Positions 10,302 through 20,013 of a DNA stretch of 64,000 nt are shown here, in pieces. This DNA is from Chitinophagales bacterium (GTDB lineage Bacteria > Bacteroidota > Bacteroidia > Chitinophagales > JADIYW01): positions 10,965 through 74,964 of the forward strand of contig JBGAWK010000007.1 of assembly GCA_044227665.1 (NCBI GenBank), read 5' to 3'. The position numbers and the translations under genes are program-made. A model generated the notes under the pieces. That model saw only the letters and a program-made list of their open reading frames with translations, was not told the origin of the DNA and did not search any database. How positions within the stretch are numbered: position 1 is the first letter of the stretch; every line of letters begins with the position of its first letter.

Positions 10302-10376
10302 GATATAAAAAGCTAATTTATACTATCAGCTTAGAATTGTTGTAATAATTTTTTTTTTTAATACAATAATGATAAT

Positions 10377-10403
10377 AAAAAAGGTCTCTGTTGCCAGAGA
10401 CCT
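10377..10403 (-). terminator. Intrinsic terminator after the DUF3276 gene
   Basis: Minus strand AGGTCTCTG-GCAA-CAGAGACCT followed by a T-run. Confidence 0.85.
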
Positions 10404-10439
10404 CTCAATTTCAATAGCCTATAACGTATGTAGATAAGA

Positions 10440-10682
10440 TTATGCCACTTGATTTGCCATACTTTCGGCAGGAATCATTGCAGTAAGAATATCAACGAGT
10501 TGTTTCAAGTTTTCTTCAAATATCATTAAACGATGGGATTCTGTCTTGCTGTCGTTGATGATAGCAAATTCTTTGATTTTTACATAACTACTGCCATTTT
10601 TTGTAGCCAAATGGTCAATAAAGTAAGTTCTTTTTCCTGCTTCGATTTTCTTTGTTGTAATCACTTTGTTGCACGTTTCCAT
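10440..10682 (-). CDS. DUF3276 / PUR-repeat single-stranded nucleic-acid-binding protein
   Basis: KKIEAGKRTYFID...YVKIKE...HRLMIFEENL pattern. Confidence 0.8.
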   Translation of the reverse strand: METCNKVITTKKIEAGKRTYFIDHLATKNGSSYVKIKEFAIINDSKTESHRLMIFEENLKQLVDILTAMIPAESMANQVA

Positions 10683-10743
10683 ATCGTATTGTTTTACTAA
10701 TAAGATGCAACAGATAGATAAATTCCATAAAAAAAGAAAAAAA

Positions 10744-11478
10744 TTATTTCATCTGATTAAATGTAACGGTGACACGCCTGTACTTGCTGTTATTTTCTAA
10801 AGAATATACGTGTTTCCCTTCACTTATATTTCCATACGTTTTATTGATAACATATTTTCCGCTCAGATTATTAGTTCCTAAATTTGTAAAGTGTGTAAAT
10901 AGTTGATTGGAAACTATAGTGTCTATATATAAAACTTGCTTACCTATAGGTAATTCTATGGTGAAGCTATCCGAAATGGCAAGTTGCTTTCTAGGATAAT
11001 TAAAGAAAAATGGGACGTAAGAGAAAGTATCTATACCACTAAAATTACTGATATTATTTATTAGGGTTGTATCTATCCTTGAAATATATGCTTCTATTGA
11101 GGGTGTAAAGTTTTCGCCATAGCCAATATTTAGATGCTTATATTTACTGTCATATATCGCTACTAATAGGCTGTCTATATTATAATCTTCCCACCTGAGA
11201 TGTCTGGTTTGTGTATATATCAAATAAGAATCACGGTTTTTTTTAAGGATTTTAATACGGATGTTTTGGTAGATATTTCTGTAATATATGTTTTGCTTAC
11301 CAATATTTATGGGTTTGTTTAGATCATAGGTATATTGGATATCATATATGAGTTCCTGTCCTTCCTGTAGTGAAATCTTTAGGATAGCACCTTCTTGGCT
11401 ATTAGGACTTTTTTTTTTGTTGCAATAACAGAATGGAAAAATAAATAAGAGAGCAATAATGTATAGATTCCTTTTCAT
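10744..11478 (-). CDS. Hypothetical exported protein, possible lipoprotein
   Basis: Signal-like N-terminus ending in FCYC, followed by NKKKS. Starts 1 nt after the CoA-binding gene; no family recognised. Confidence 0.55.
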   Translation of the reverse strand: MKRNLYIIALLFIFPFCYCNKKKSPNSQEGAILKISLQEGQELIYDIQYTYDLNKPINIGKQNIYYRNIYQNIRIKILKKNRDSYLIYTQTRHLRWEDYNIDSLLVAIYDSKYKHLNIGYGENFTPSIEAYISRIDTTLINNISNFSGIDTFSYVPFFFNYPRKQLAISDSFTIELPIGKQVLYIDTIVSNQLFTHFTNLGTNNLSGKYVINKTYGNISEGKHVYSLENNSKYRRVTVTFNQMK

Positions 11479-11479
11479 T

Positions 11480-11842
11480 TCAGAATTGTCGGGTTTGTAA
11501 CATCACCAAGGTACATGCCTCAATAGGTTCAATATTATTGTTGGACAATAACTTGTAAAGTTCAGGATTTTCAGTTCCGGGATTGAATATGACTCTTTTA
11601 GGCTTTAATTTCAAAATATAATCATAATATGTGGGTTGTATGGTAGGGTTTACATAAAGTGTCACCGTATGAATCTCATTGAGTGTCGGAGTATCTGTAT
11701 GTATATGGATATCGGCTATCTTGCCGCCATTTTTTCCAATGGCAACTACATCATGACCATATTGCATCAGCTTATGTATGGCTTTATAACTATATCTATC
11801 TGTGTGGGTGCTGGCACCTATTACTAAGGTTTTTTTATTCAT
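11480..11842 (-). CDS. CoA-binding protein (CoA_binding_2 family)
   Basis: TLVIGAS, TVTLYVNP, PKRVIFNPGTEN and ACTLVML motifs. Confidence 0.9.
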   Translation of the reverse strand: MNKKTLVIGASTHTDRYSYKAIHKLMQYGHDVVAIGKNGGKIADIHIHTDTPTLNEIHTVTLYVNPTIQPTYYDYILKLKPKRVIFNPGTENPELYKLLSNNNIEPIEACTLVMLQTRQF

Positions 11843-13667
11843 ATATCTAAGTCTAAGTTTAGCTTGTCAATCAGCGTTTTTAAGGCAGGATTCTTCTCGG
11901 CCAAATCTATATAACGCTCCATTGGCGTTCGAGGTTTGCTCTGCCTGTCTTCTTCCGTAATCTCTACACGTATCGTAATTGTAAGAGGATGAGATAAATA
12001 TTTCTTGAAATAACTGTGCATGTCCACTCTGATACTGTCTAGAGAGCCCTTAATTACACTGCTTATAACAGTAAATTCAATATTTTGGCTGTCAATAAAT
12101 TGGGGCTCTAGTTCTGTGAACGTTCCATAGTAGGAAGGGTTTATGATTTTTTTATGGGTTTCTAAAAATTGAAACCAAAAGGCATGTAAATTTTCAACGG
12201 TGAGAGCTACTTTTTCTATATAGGTGTTTTGTTCTAGTAGGGTGGCTTCGGTGATGGCTTCCAGACGTGATTTGCGTATCAATTTCCTAGCGCCGGCAGC
12301 AGTTTCTTCTATCGTAGGCTCTATATTTCGTTCTTCTTTAGGCTCTTCCGTAGTCAATTGCAGTGGTGGACTCTCTGATAATACGGTATTGTCAAGAAGT
12401 GTTTCTTCCGCTTTTCTGTCATGGGGGGCTTCTGTAGTAGATACTATAGGGGTCTCTATTGATAAGTTGCGGGCAGGAATCGCCACTACTTCGCTGTTAT
12501 TCTCAGGAGCAAGTAAGCGTATTACTTTTTTTTTTCGGCATGGAGTATGCCGGAGTTTATTTCTATCTGCGTATTGAGGAAAGTTAACTTTAGGAGTGCC
12601 AGTTCTACATGAAGGCGCTTATTTTTTGCTGTTTTATAATTTATTTCAGCCAAATTTAGAATATTCAAAGCGTTCAGCAGGTAGGTGGTATGTGTCATTG
12701 CCGTTTGTAGGGCATAGCGTTTGATAAGGTCTTCTCCGGACTCTATGAGCGTGATAGTCTTGGGGTCTTTTGCAACTAGAAGTTGGCGAATGTGTTCTGC
12801 AAGACCTCCAAGAAATATTTCTCCGTCAAAGCCTTTGGCAATTATCGAATTATAAAGTTGTAAAACTGTACTGCTGTCTTCAATAAGTAAGGCATCTACT
12901 ATAGAAAAATAGTAGTCGTAATCCAAAATATTTAAGTTGCTAATCACATCCTGATAGGAAAGCTGATTGCCACTGTAGCTGATAAGTTTGTCGAATAGGG
13001 ATAGCGCATCTCTCATGCCTCCGTCGGCTTTCTGCGCTATGAGGTGTAAGGCTGTCTCTTCCGCATCTATATGCTCTTTAATACATATTTCTTTGATTTG
13101 CTTGACGATATCTGTATTGCTGATGCGCTTGAAGTCATAAATCTGGCAACGTGAGAGGATGGTAGGGATTATCTTATGCTTTTCGGTAGTGGCGAGGATA
13201 AATATGGCATAAGAAGGAGGTTCTTCCAAGGTTTTCAGGAAGGCATTGAATGCCTGAGTACTGAGCATGTGTACCTCGTCTATGATATAGACTTTGTACT
13301 TGCCTTGCTGTGGTGCAAATCTTACCTGCTCTATTAAGCTGCGGATGTCTTCCACGGAATTGTTAGAGGCAGCATCCAGCTCATGAATATTGAAAGAACT
13401 ATTTGTGTTGAAAGAACTGCAACTGCTACAGCTGTTACAAGGTTCATTGTCGGCAGAGGGGTTCTCACAATTTATAGCCTTGGCGAGTATTCTAGCGCAG
13501 GTAGTCTTGCCCACACCTCTAGGGCCGCAGAATAAGAATGACTGTGCCAAATGACCGCTATTGAGTGCTTTTTTTAGTGTTCCAGATACTTGCTCTTGCC
13601 CTACGACATCTTCAAAGCGTACCGGTCGGTATTTTCTAGCAGATACGATATAATTGCGCTCGCTCAC
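11839..13667 (-). CDS. dnaX: DNA polymerase III gamma/tau. The 0-frame gives a 381-aa gamma-like product (12522-13667); a -1 shift at the A10 run gives a ~609-aa tau-like product ending at 11839.
   Basis: ARKYRP, GPRGVGKTT, IIDEVHML and SRCQ motifs. The 0-frame ends GAA AAA AAA AAG TAA. The -1 frame is open from there to the Bacteroidota tau-type tail ERYIDLAEKNPALKTLIDKLNLDL. Confidence 0.9.
12525..12535 (-). other. Recoding/slippage site: A10G, containing A AAA AAG
   Basis: T10 at plus-strand 12526-12535, immediately before the 0-frame stop. The -1 frame continues VIRLLAPENNSEVVAIPA. Confidence 0.75.
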
Positions 13668-13672
13668 AATTA

Positions 13673-13680
13673 CAAAGATA
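13673..13680 (-). promoter_or_regulatory. -7 box TATCTTTG, 5 nt upstream of the dnaX GTG
   Basis: Exact TAnnTTTG match. Confidence 0.6.
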
Positions 13681-13723
13681 ATAGCTTTTTGGGGCTTATT
13701 CCATTAGCAAAAATAATTAGGAA

Positions 13724-14476
13724 TTATTTTTTGACAAATTGCAATAATTCTGATTTGTTCCCCCTGAATACATTGAAATCTACAGGCTCTGCTATGCCAT
13801 TTACCCTGCCTCTGTCATTATGTTGCCAAAATCTCCATTTTGATTCTTCATCGAGGCGAGGTCGCCCTTTATAGTAATGAGCTATCCATATAGGATAGGT
13901 GTCAAAGTTGCCCTTAATATAGCGATGATAATAGTTGATATTTACATATATTATGGGTCGGATACCATAGTGTCTCTCTACTGTGTTCAACCATGTATGA
14001 AGCCTTTCTATGAGCACATCCTTTGGTAAGCTGCCATCTTCTTCAAAGTCCAATACCGGAGGCATATCACCAGGGAGAAGCTTTACAATGTTTATAAAAT
14101 GTTTAGCCTGTGCTTTTGCATCCTTTGAGGCCTTAAAATAGTGATAGCCACCTCTCATGATGCCATTATCTTTTGCTTTTTTCCAGTTATAAAAATAGCG
14201 AAAATCAGTATGTGTAGTTCCTTCTGTCGCTTTGATAAATACAAAATCAATGCTAATGTCATTTACATCCATAGCTTTCACTAGCACCCAGTCGATAGCA
14301 CCCTGATGTCGTGATACATCTATGCCGTGTACGGAATAATTGCGTGGTATGGAGATGCCGAAATCGGGGTAGAAAATTTTTAGGGGATTAAAAAATTTGT
14401 AACCTACAAATGCAGCACTTGCCGATAAAATCAGAAAGATGGATACAGAAAATTTGGTTATGCCTGAAATAGACAT
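13724..14476 (-). CDS. Glycoside hydrolase family 25 (lysozyme/muramidase) with N-terminal membrane anchor
   Basis: HGIDVSRHQG, FIKATEG, RGGYHYF, PPVLDFE and WIAHY motifs. Confidence 0.92.
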   Translation of the reverse strand: MSISGITKFSVSIFLILSASAAFVGYKFFNPLKIFYPDFGISIPRNYSVHGIDVSRHQGAIDWVLVKAMDVNDISIDFVFIKATEGTTHTDFRYFYNWKKAKDNGIMRGGYHYFKASKDAKAQAKHFINIVKLLPGDMPPVLDFEEDGSLPKDVLIERLHTWLNTVERHYGIRPIIYVNINYYHRYIKGNFDTYPIWIAHYYKGRPRLDEESKWRFWQHNDRGRVNGIAEPVDFNVFRGNKSELLQFVKK

Positions 14477-14549
14477 ATCTAAAAAAATAAAAAATTATCG
14501 TAGGCAATCAGCGATAGGTGATAGGGGAGTGGTGGCATTATTATATAAT

Positions 14550-14570
14550 AAAAAAGCCCCAATAGGGGCT
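14550..14570 (-). terminator. Intrinsic terminator after the DUF2795 gene
   Basis: Minus strand AGCCCC-TATT-GGGGCT followed by a T-run. Confidence 0.75.
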
Positions 14571-14595
14571 ATGAAATTTGGTTGCAATACATAAA

Positions 14596-14817
14596 TTAAT
14601 ATTCATCTTCATTGAAGAGGAAGTCTTCCTTGGTAGGATAATCTGGCCATATATCCTCCACGCCTTCATACAATTCTTCTTCATCTTCCAATTCTTGCAG
14701 ATTTTCTATAACCTCTAAAGGTGCGCCACTGCGGATGGCGTAGTCTATCAATTCATCTTTGGTAGAAGGCCAAGGTGCATCTTCCAAATACGAAGCCAAT
14801 TCTAATGTCCAATACAT
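14596..14817 (-). CDS. DUF2795 domain protein
   Basis: MYWTLELASYLEDAPWPSTKDELIDYAIRSGAP...FNEDEY, a highly conserved small Bacteroidota protein. Confidence 0.92.
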   Translation of the reverse strand: MYWTLELASYLEDAPWPSTKDELIDYAIRSGAPLEVIENLQELEDEEELYEGVEDIWPDYPTKEDFLFNEDEY

Positions 14818-14895
14818 AATTCGTAATATATTTATTTATTTTAATTAATAAAGTGCAAAAAAAGTTTCATTTTTGATATTTCCCAATGAAAACGA

Positions 14896-15450
14896 TTATT
14901 TTTTATACACAAAGGGTTGCCATATTATCTCCTGAGTGTGTACATCTTTGGCAATTTTGCGTGCAAGTATAAAAAGATAATCCGATAATCGGTTAAGAAA
15001 AGGGATGATTACTTCATGTTGATGCTCAATACGGTCGAGGGAAACTACGCATCGCTCTGCCCTTCGGCATACTGTACGGGCTACATGGCAATGTCCTACG
15101 GCAAGGTGTCCTGAGGGTAAGATGAAATTTGTGAGCAAGGGAAGTCCGTCATTTATGGTATCTATGCGTGTCTCCAAATCACGAATAATAGCCTCTTCTA
15201 GTGTGGGTAACTTTATATTCTTTTTTGTGCTGTCGGCAGCAAGATGTGCTCCAATGTCGAAGAGACGGCTCTGTATGGCATAAAGAAATTTTTGTTCGTC
15301 ATGGTCGCAGAAGGAAGCAACAACGCCTAAGTTACTGTTGAGCTCATCTACTGTGCCGTAGGCTTCTATTTTGATATGATCTTTGGGCAGGCGGCTGCCG
15401 CCAAAGAGTGCAGTCTCGCCATTGTCACCAGTTTTTGTATATATTTTCAT
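14896..15450 (-). CDS. ATP:cob(I)alamin adenosyltransferase, PduO type
   Basis: MKIYTKTGDNGET, EAYGTVDELNS, ARTVCRRAER and LNRLSDYLF motifs. Confidence 0.92.
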   Translation of the reverse strand: MKIYTKTGDNGETALFGGSRLPKDHIKIEAYGTVDELNSNLGVVASFCDHDEQKFLYAIQSRLFDIGAHLAADSTKKNIKLPTLEEAIIRDLETRIDTINDGLPLLTNFILPSGHLAVGHCHVARTVCRRAERCVVSLDRIEHQHEVIIPFLNRLSDYLFILARKIAKDVHTQEIIWQPFVYKK

Positions 15451-15619
15451 ACTCTTATAAGCGGTAATGAAGATAGTAAAATCAATGATATTATTTGTAT
15501 ATAATCATGTTATAGCTAATATTGTTTTTGATGCACAGTAATTCATGTATAGTGTCTTGCAGGCCTATTAGTTGTATTATTATAAAAAAAGCACAATCTT
15601 TGCTATCTGTATATTATAG

Positions 15620-16129
15620 ATGTACTCTACTAAAAAAATATTTTTGTGTATTTGCAGCATTGCATGGTTATGTAGTGCTTGCAAAATATATAAGTTTACC
15701 GATGCCAGCATTAATCCGAACATAAGAACGATAAAGATTAACCAATTTACAAATACATCTCCTATCCAAACGAGCACTCTGTCCAATGATTTTGAACAAA
15801 AATTAGTCAATAAATTTGTGCGTGAGACAAGGCTTACTTTTGTGAAAGAAGACCCAGATCTAGAGTTTTCAGGTAATATTGTAGAATATTATATTGAACC
15901 TATAGCAATAAGTGGTACAGAAACTACAGCTCAGAACAGGCTCAGTATAGCCATAAAAGTTGATTTTGTAAATAAGCTAGAGCAAGAAAGGAGTTTTAGC
16001 CAGATATTTCGCGATGGCGAAAATTTTGATGCGTCAAAAGATATTTCCGAAGTAAATGATGCTATAGTAAATATTATCTTTGATAGAACTGTACAAAATA
16101 TATTTAATAAAGCCTTTGTAAATTGGTAG
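15620..16129 (+). CDS. LptE-family LPS assembly lipoprotein
   Basis: Lipobox CSAC, YKFTDASI and a C-terminal IFNKAFVNW. Usual lptE-TPR-secG context. Confidence 0.8.
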   Translation: MYSTKKIFLCICSIAWLCSACKIYKFTDASINPNIRTIKINQFTNTSPIQTSTLSNDFEQKLVNKFVRETRLTFVKEDPDLEFSGNIVEYYIEPIAISGTETTAQNRLSIAIKVDFVNKLEQERSFSQIFRDGENFDASKDISEVNDAIVNIIFDRTVQNIFNKAFVNW

Positions 16130-17680
16130 ATGCAAGAAGGACTAAGCACATATCATACTGAAATACTTAATGATCTTTTGCAAAAATGGTCAGAGGAAGA
16201 TTTGCTGCGCAAAGCCGCCCAATATCCCCATGTATTCCTGTATAGAGCCCTGATTGCACTAAAGGATAAATCCGACCACAATACTCGCTTGGCATCATTC
16301 TATGCTGCGGATAGGATGAGATTGCATCAACTATTATATGCAGAATTACCTGAGGATGGCGGAGCCGAAAATGAAGTAGCCATAGCCTCGGAGCCGTTGA
16401 CAGAAGAATATGCATCGGAAGAAATCCCTACACTTGCGCTGCAAAATGCCTCCGTAGTCATTCCTGAGGAAGAGCCTTTTGATGGCATAGATGATGATAT
16501 TACATTTGTTACTATCACACAAGAGCGAATGTCCCCGGAGGAAGGATATTTTTTTACAGAAAATGAAATTCACGAAGACTTTGTCACGGAAGATAATGTA
16601 TCTAATGTGTCAAAAAGAAATTCCATAATTGCTGAAGATAATATTGCTGCCGAAGAATTTTTAGAGAAAACAGTTGATGGCACACGACATAGTGCTGCCG
16701 ATGATATTCTGGAAACCCTTAGAGCCTATAAGAAGCTAAAAGAAGAAAATAAAGAAGACGAAAAAAAAAACGAAATATTAGGGTCTCCTGAAATCGAAAA
16801 TGTTTCAGAAGTACAAGAAGAATTTTTAGTAGAGACCGCATTTATTGAGCCTGATGAGCCAATAGAATCTTGGGATGATTTTATCAAAAATTTACAAGTA
16901 TCTCGGCAACCTATAATTCCAAAAGAATCTAAATATAAATATAAGAAAACCTCGCTGCCAGAATTTGTGGCATTGGAACAGATAGATAGCCAAGTGCCAG
17001 TTGCAGATGCATTCGTATTACAAACATGGATAGCAGAAATGCCTGTATATACCCTAAATACAATATTGCCATCGAAGAAAGAATATAATACGAAAGAGGA
17101 GACCGTAGAGGAGCAAGAGACACAAATAAGTGAGGTGGCGCAAGCAGCCACATCAATGTTAGAAGACAAAGTAGTCAAGAAATCGCGCAAAAGGCAATCC
17201 GAAGGTAAGGGAACCCCCATAGTGGAGAGCAAAGAGGAGGCGGTAAGTGAAGGCAAAGATCACAGCGAACTATATATACACTTTGAAGAGAAAGCAGAGG
17301 ATATAACGGCACAGACACATACCTTTGATGACTGGCTGAATATATTTTCTAGCAAAAACATAGAGCCTATGTTCTTCGATGCGCCACAAAAAGATTTGAT
17401 AAGCGAGTTGGAGCAGAGACCTACTATAGATATTCCCGCCAAACCTTTGGAAGAGACAATTACCATATTAGTGAATGAAGAAGATGATGAGTCAGACATC
17501 AAGATGCAAGCGGAGCAGAGTGTGACATTTACAGCTAAATTAGCTACAGAAACTTTAGCGAAAATATATATGAAGCAAGGCAAAAAAGATAAGGCAATAG
17601 AAATATTTAAGATTTTGATGATAAAAAATCCAGAAAAAAGTAGTTATTTTGCGTCCCAAATAAAAAATATAGAGGGCTAA
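16130..17680 (+). CDS. Acidic low-complexity protein with C-terminal TPR-like helix pair
   Basis: Glu-rich middle region and C-terminal TETLAKIYMKQGKKDKAIEIFKILMIKNPEKSSYFASQI. Confidence 0.75.
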   Translation: MQEGLSTYHTEILNDLLQKWSEEDLLRKAAQYPHVFLYRALIALKDKSDHNTRLASFYAADRMRLHQLLYAELPEDGGAENEVAIASEPLTEEYASEEIPTLALQNASVVIPEEEPFDGIDDDITFVTITQERMSPEEGYFFTENEIHEDFVTEDNVSNVSKRNSIIAEDNIAAEEFLEKTVDGTRHSAADDILETLRAYKKLKEENKEDEKKNEILGSPEIENVSEVQEEFLVETAFIEPDEPIESWDDFIKNLQVSRQPIIPKESKYKYKKTSLPEFVALEQIDSQVPVADAFVLQTWIAEMPVYTLNTILPSKKEYNTKEETVEEQETQISEVAQAATSMLEDKVVKKSRKRQSEGKGTPIVESKEEAVSEGKDHSELYIHFEEKAEDITAQTHTFDDWLNIFSSKNIEPMFFDAPQKDLISELEQRPTIDIPAKPLEETITILVNEEDDESDIKMQAEQSVTFTAKLATETLAKIYMKQGKKDKAIEIFKILMIKNPEKSSYFASQIKNIEG

Positions 17681-17684
17681 TACC

Positions 17685-18053
17685 ATGTTTCAGTTGATAG
17701 TAGTAGTAATGATTATCCTCAGCTTGTTTATGATGCTGGTGGTATTGATACAAAATCCTAAAGGTGCGGGTACATTTTCCGGAGGTGTAGGAGGTGCTGC
17801 CGCAGATGTCTTTGGCGTACAACGTACCGGAGATGTATTGGAGAAGACTACATGGATTACCATAGCTTCTATATTAGTATTGTCCGTATTGAGTTCTGTG
17901 TTTTTGCCAAAAACGACAGAGGCAGGTAAACAAAAAACACGTACAGAGCAAGCAGGTACGGGGGGTGGAAGCACACCTATGGCATTGCCTGCACAGCCTA
18001 ATGCTGCGCCGAGTAATACTACACAGCCTGCCCCTGCTCCACAAAGCAAATAG
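17685..18053 (+). CDS. secG: Preprotein translocase subunit SecG
   Basis: VVLIQNPKG...FGVQRTGDVLEKTTW and two TMs. Confidence 0.92.
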   Translation: MFQLIVVVMIILSLFMMLVVLIQNPKGAGTFSGGVGGAAADVFGVQRTGDVLEKTTWITIASILVLSVLSSVFLPKTTEAGKQKTRTEQAGTGGGSTPMALPAQPNAAPSNTTQPAPAPQSK

Positions 18054-18135
18054 AGCAGAAATACGTTTCCGTATTTTTTAATATTATAATAAGATAATTC
18101 TTTGCATTTCCTTCGGTAGGGAATATATTATTTTC

Positions 18136-18143
18136 TATCTTTG
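18136..18143 (+). promoter_or_regulatory. -7 box TATCTTTG upstream of prs
   Basis: Exact TAnnTTTG match 20 nt before the ATG. Confidence 0.6.
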
Positions 18144-18163
18144 CCACCCAATTTTGATTCGGA

Positions 18164-19105
18164 ATGGTATTGCCTGATGTAAAGCTTATCTCGGGGAGAG
18201 CTACAAAATATCTTGCTACAAAAATATGCGAGAGCTACAACGAGGAATTGACACCCGTAGAGGTGTTGCAATTCAGCGATGGAGAATTTTCGCCTATAAT
18301 ACAAGAGTCGGTACGCGGTTCCTTTGTATTCTGCATACAATCTACCTTTGCCCCTTCCGACAATTTGATGGAGTTGCTCATGCTTATGGATGCCGCCAAA
18401 AGAGCATCGGCAGGCTATATTATTGCCGTATTGCCATATTTTGGATTGGCAAGGCAAGATAGAAAAGATAAGCCTAGGGTATCCATTGGTGCCAAATTGG
18501 TAGCCAATCTCCTTGTGGCAGCAGGTGCCAACCGTATTATGACCATGGATTTACATGCACCACAGATACAAGGCTTCTTTGATATCCCCGTAGATCACCT
18601 AGATGCTACCGCAATATTTACGCCTTATGTAGAAAAGCTGCAATTGGAAGATTTGGTATTTGCCTCTCCCGATGTGGGCAGTACGAAGCGCGCCAGACAG
18701 TATGCCATGATGTTCAATGCCGACTTGGTGATATGTGACAAACATCGCAAGGTAGCTAATGAAATAGAATCTATGCGGGTAATAGGGGATGTCGCCGACA
18801 AAAATGTAATCTTAGTAGATGATCTCATAGATACGGCCACTACACTTACTATGGCAGCAAATCTCATTATGGAAAAAGGAGCGAAGAGCGTGAGAGCCTT
18901 GATTACACACCCTGTACTTTCGAGCAAGGCTTATGAAAAAATTGAAAATTCCCAGCTTACCGAATTAGTAGTATGCGATACTATACCTTTGCGACAGGAA
19001 AGTAGTAAGATAAAGGTAGTGTCTGTGGCACCATTATTTGCCAAAGCTATCCGCAATGCCCATGAATTCAAATCTATAAATAATCTATTCGTAAATAAAA
19101 AATAA
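18164..19105 (+). CDS. prs: Ribose-phosphate pyrophosphokinase
   Basis: FSDGE, PYFGLARQDRK, MDLHAPQIQGFF and ILVDDLIDTATT motifs. Confidence 0.95.
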   Translation: MVLPDVKLISGRATKYLATKICESYNEELTPVEVLQFSDGEFSPIIQESVRGSFVFCIQSTFAPSDNLMELLMLMDAAKRASAGYIIAVLPYFGLARQDRKDKPRVSIGAKLVANLLVAAGANRIMTMDLHAPQIQGFFDIPVDHLDATAIFTPYVEKLQLEDLVFASPDVGSTKRARQYAMMFNADLVICDKHRKVANEIESMRVIGDVADKNVILVDDLIDTATTLTMAANLIMEKGAKSVRALITHPVLSSKAYEKIENSQLTELVVCDTIPLRQESSKIKVVSVAPLFAKAIRNAHEFKSINNLFVNKK

Positions 19106-19117
19106 AAAGTCTTATAT

Positions 19118-19699
19118 ATGCAAACATTCGAATTAAATGGTTCAAAAAGAACTGACTATGGCAAGAAAGCCACCAAGGCTAATAGAAATGAAGGACTTAT
19201 ACCTTGTGTAATGTACAATGCCAATGAGTCAATTCATTTTACTACCAATCTGTCTGAAATAAGAAATCTGGTATATACCCCAAAACTTTATAAAGTACAG
19301 GTAAATGTAGATGGAACACATCACGAAGCTCTATTGAAAGATATTCAGTTTCATCCTATTACAGAAGATATACTCCATATAGACTTCTATAAATTGCTAC
19401 CGGGCGTAAAAGTGATTACAGAAGTCCCTATAAAAATTGTAGGACAGTCGCAAGGAGTGAAAGAAGGCGGTAAGCTGCTGGTAAAAGTTAGAAAATTGAA
19501 AGTGAAGTCATTGCCAGAATCGCTCAAGGATACAGTAGAAGTAGATATCACCCCCTTGAAACTGGGTCAGTCCATAAAAGTCAAAGACCTTCCCGATCAA
19601 GGCTTTGAAATCCTAAATTCACCATCTATACCATTAGCATCTATAGAAATACCTCGTAGTTTGCGTAGCGCAGGTGCTAAGGCTGAGAAATCAAAATAA
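19118..19699 (+). CDS. rplY: 50S ribosomal protein L25/Ctc
   Basis: RTDYGKKATKANR, IPCVMY, KDIQFHPI, HIDFY and GVKEGG motifs. Follows prs. Confidence 0.93.
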   Translation: MQTFELNGSKRTDYGKKATKANRNEGLIPCVMYNANESIHFTTNLSEIRNLVYTPKLYKVQVNVDGTHHEALLKDIQFHPITEDILHIDFYKLLPGVKVITEVPIKIVGQSQGVKEGGKLLVKVRKLKVKSLPESLKDTVEVDITPLKLGQSIKVKDLPDQGFEILNSPSIPLASIEIPRSLRSAGAKAEKSK

Positions 19700-19719
19700 T
19701 TAGTAGAAATTATTTATAC

Positions 19720-19750
19720 AAAAAGGAGAATGGCAACATTCTCCTTTTTT
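19720..19750 (+). terminator. Intrinsic terminator of prs-rplY
   Basis: AAAAAGGAGAATG-GCAA-CATTCTCCTTTTTT. Confidence 0.88.
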
Positions 19751-19868
19751 ATTTTACTGAATATCATTATTTTATATGTATATATGTATAAAATATTCTT
19801 ACAATGACAAAAAAATGTCTTTTTATATTTAGTGAAAGCAAAATATATTTGAAATATAAATAGATGCT

Positions 19869-19985
19869 ATGACAGATGTAACCAAAAAAGTCTTATGGAA
19901 GACGACAGTAACAGCAATAGTTATAGCCTTTTGCATTTTTTTATTACTCATATTGAATTATATACTGACAGATATCTTTGAATGA
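19869..19985 (+). CDS. Putative 38-aa single-TM microprotein (not in ORF track)
   Basis: MTDVTKKVLWKTTVTAIVIAFCIFLLLILNYILTDIFE, with TATATTTG at 19844-19851 upstream and a hairpin terminator downstream. Confidence 0.55.
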   Translation: MTDVTKKVLWKTTVTAIVIAFCIFLLLILNYILTDIFE

Positions 19986-20013
19986 TACATTCCCCTTACT
20001 TCTTCTATGTGAT

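Noticed and set aside
10302..10439. trp attenuator upstream of trpE
   Set aside because: There is no Trp-containing leader ORF on the minus strand, and the hairpin is explained as the DUF3276 terminator.
11839..12486. Independent 215-aa gene, or dnaX pseudogene
   Set aside because: It is the -1 frame continuation of dnaX from a canonical slippery site, and dnaX is essential.
13724..14476. GH25 lysozyme as a prophage lysin
   Set aside because: No phage genes nearby; membrane-anchored GH25 genes are ordinary chromosomal genes in this phylum.
14500..14535. GATAGGT/GATAGGG short tandem repeat
   Set aside because: Only two imperfect copies; not enough to support a feature.
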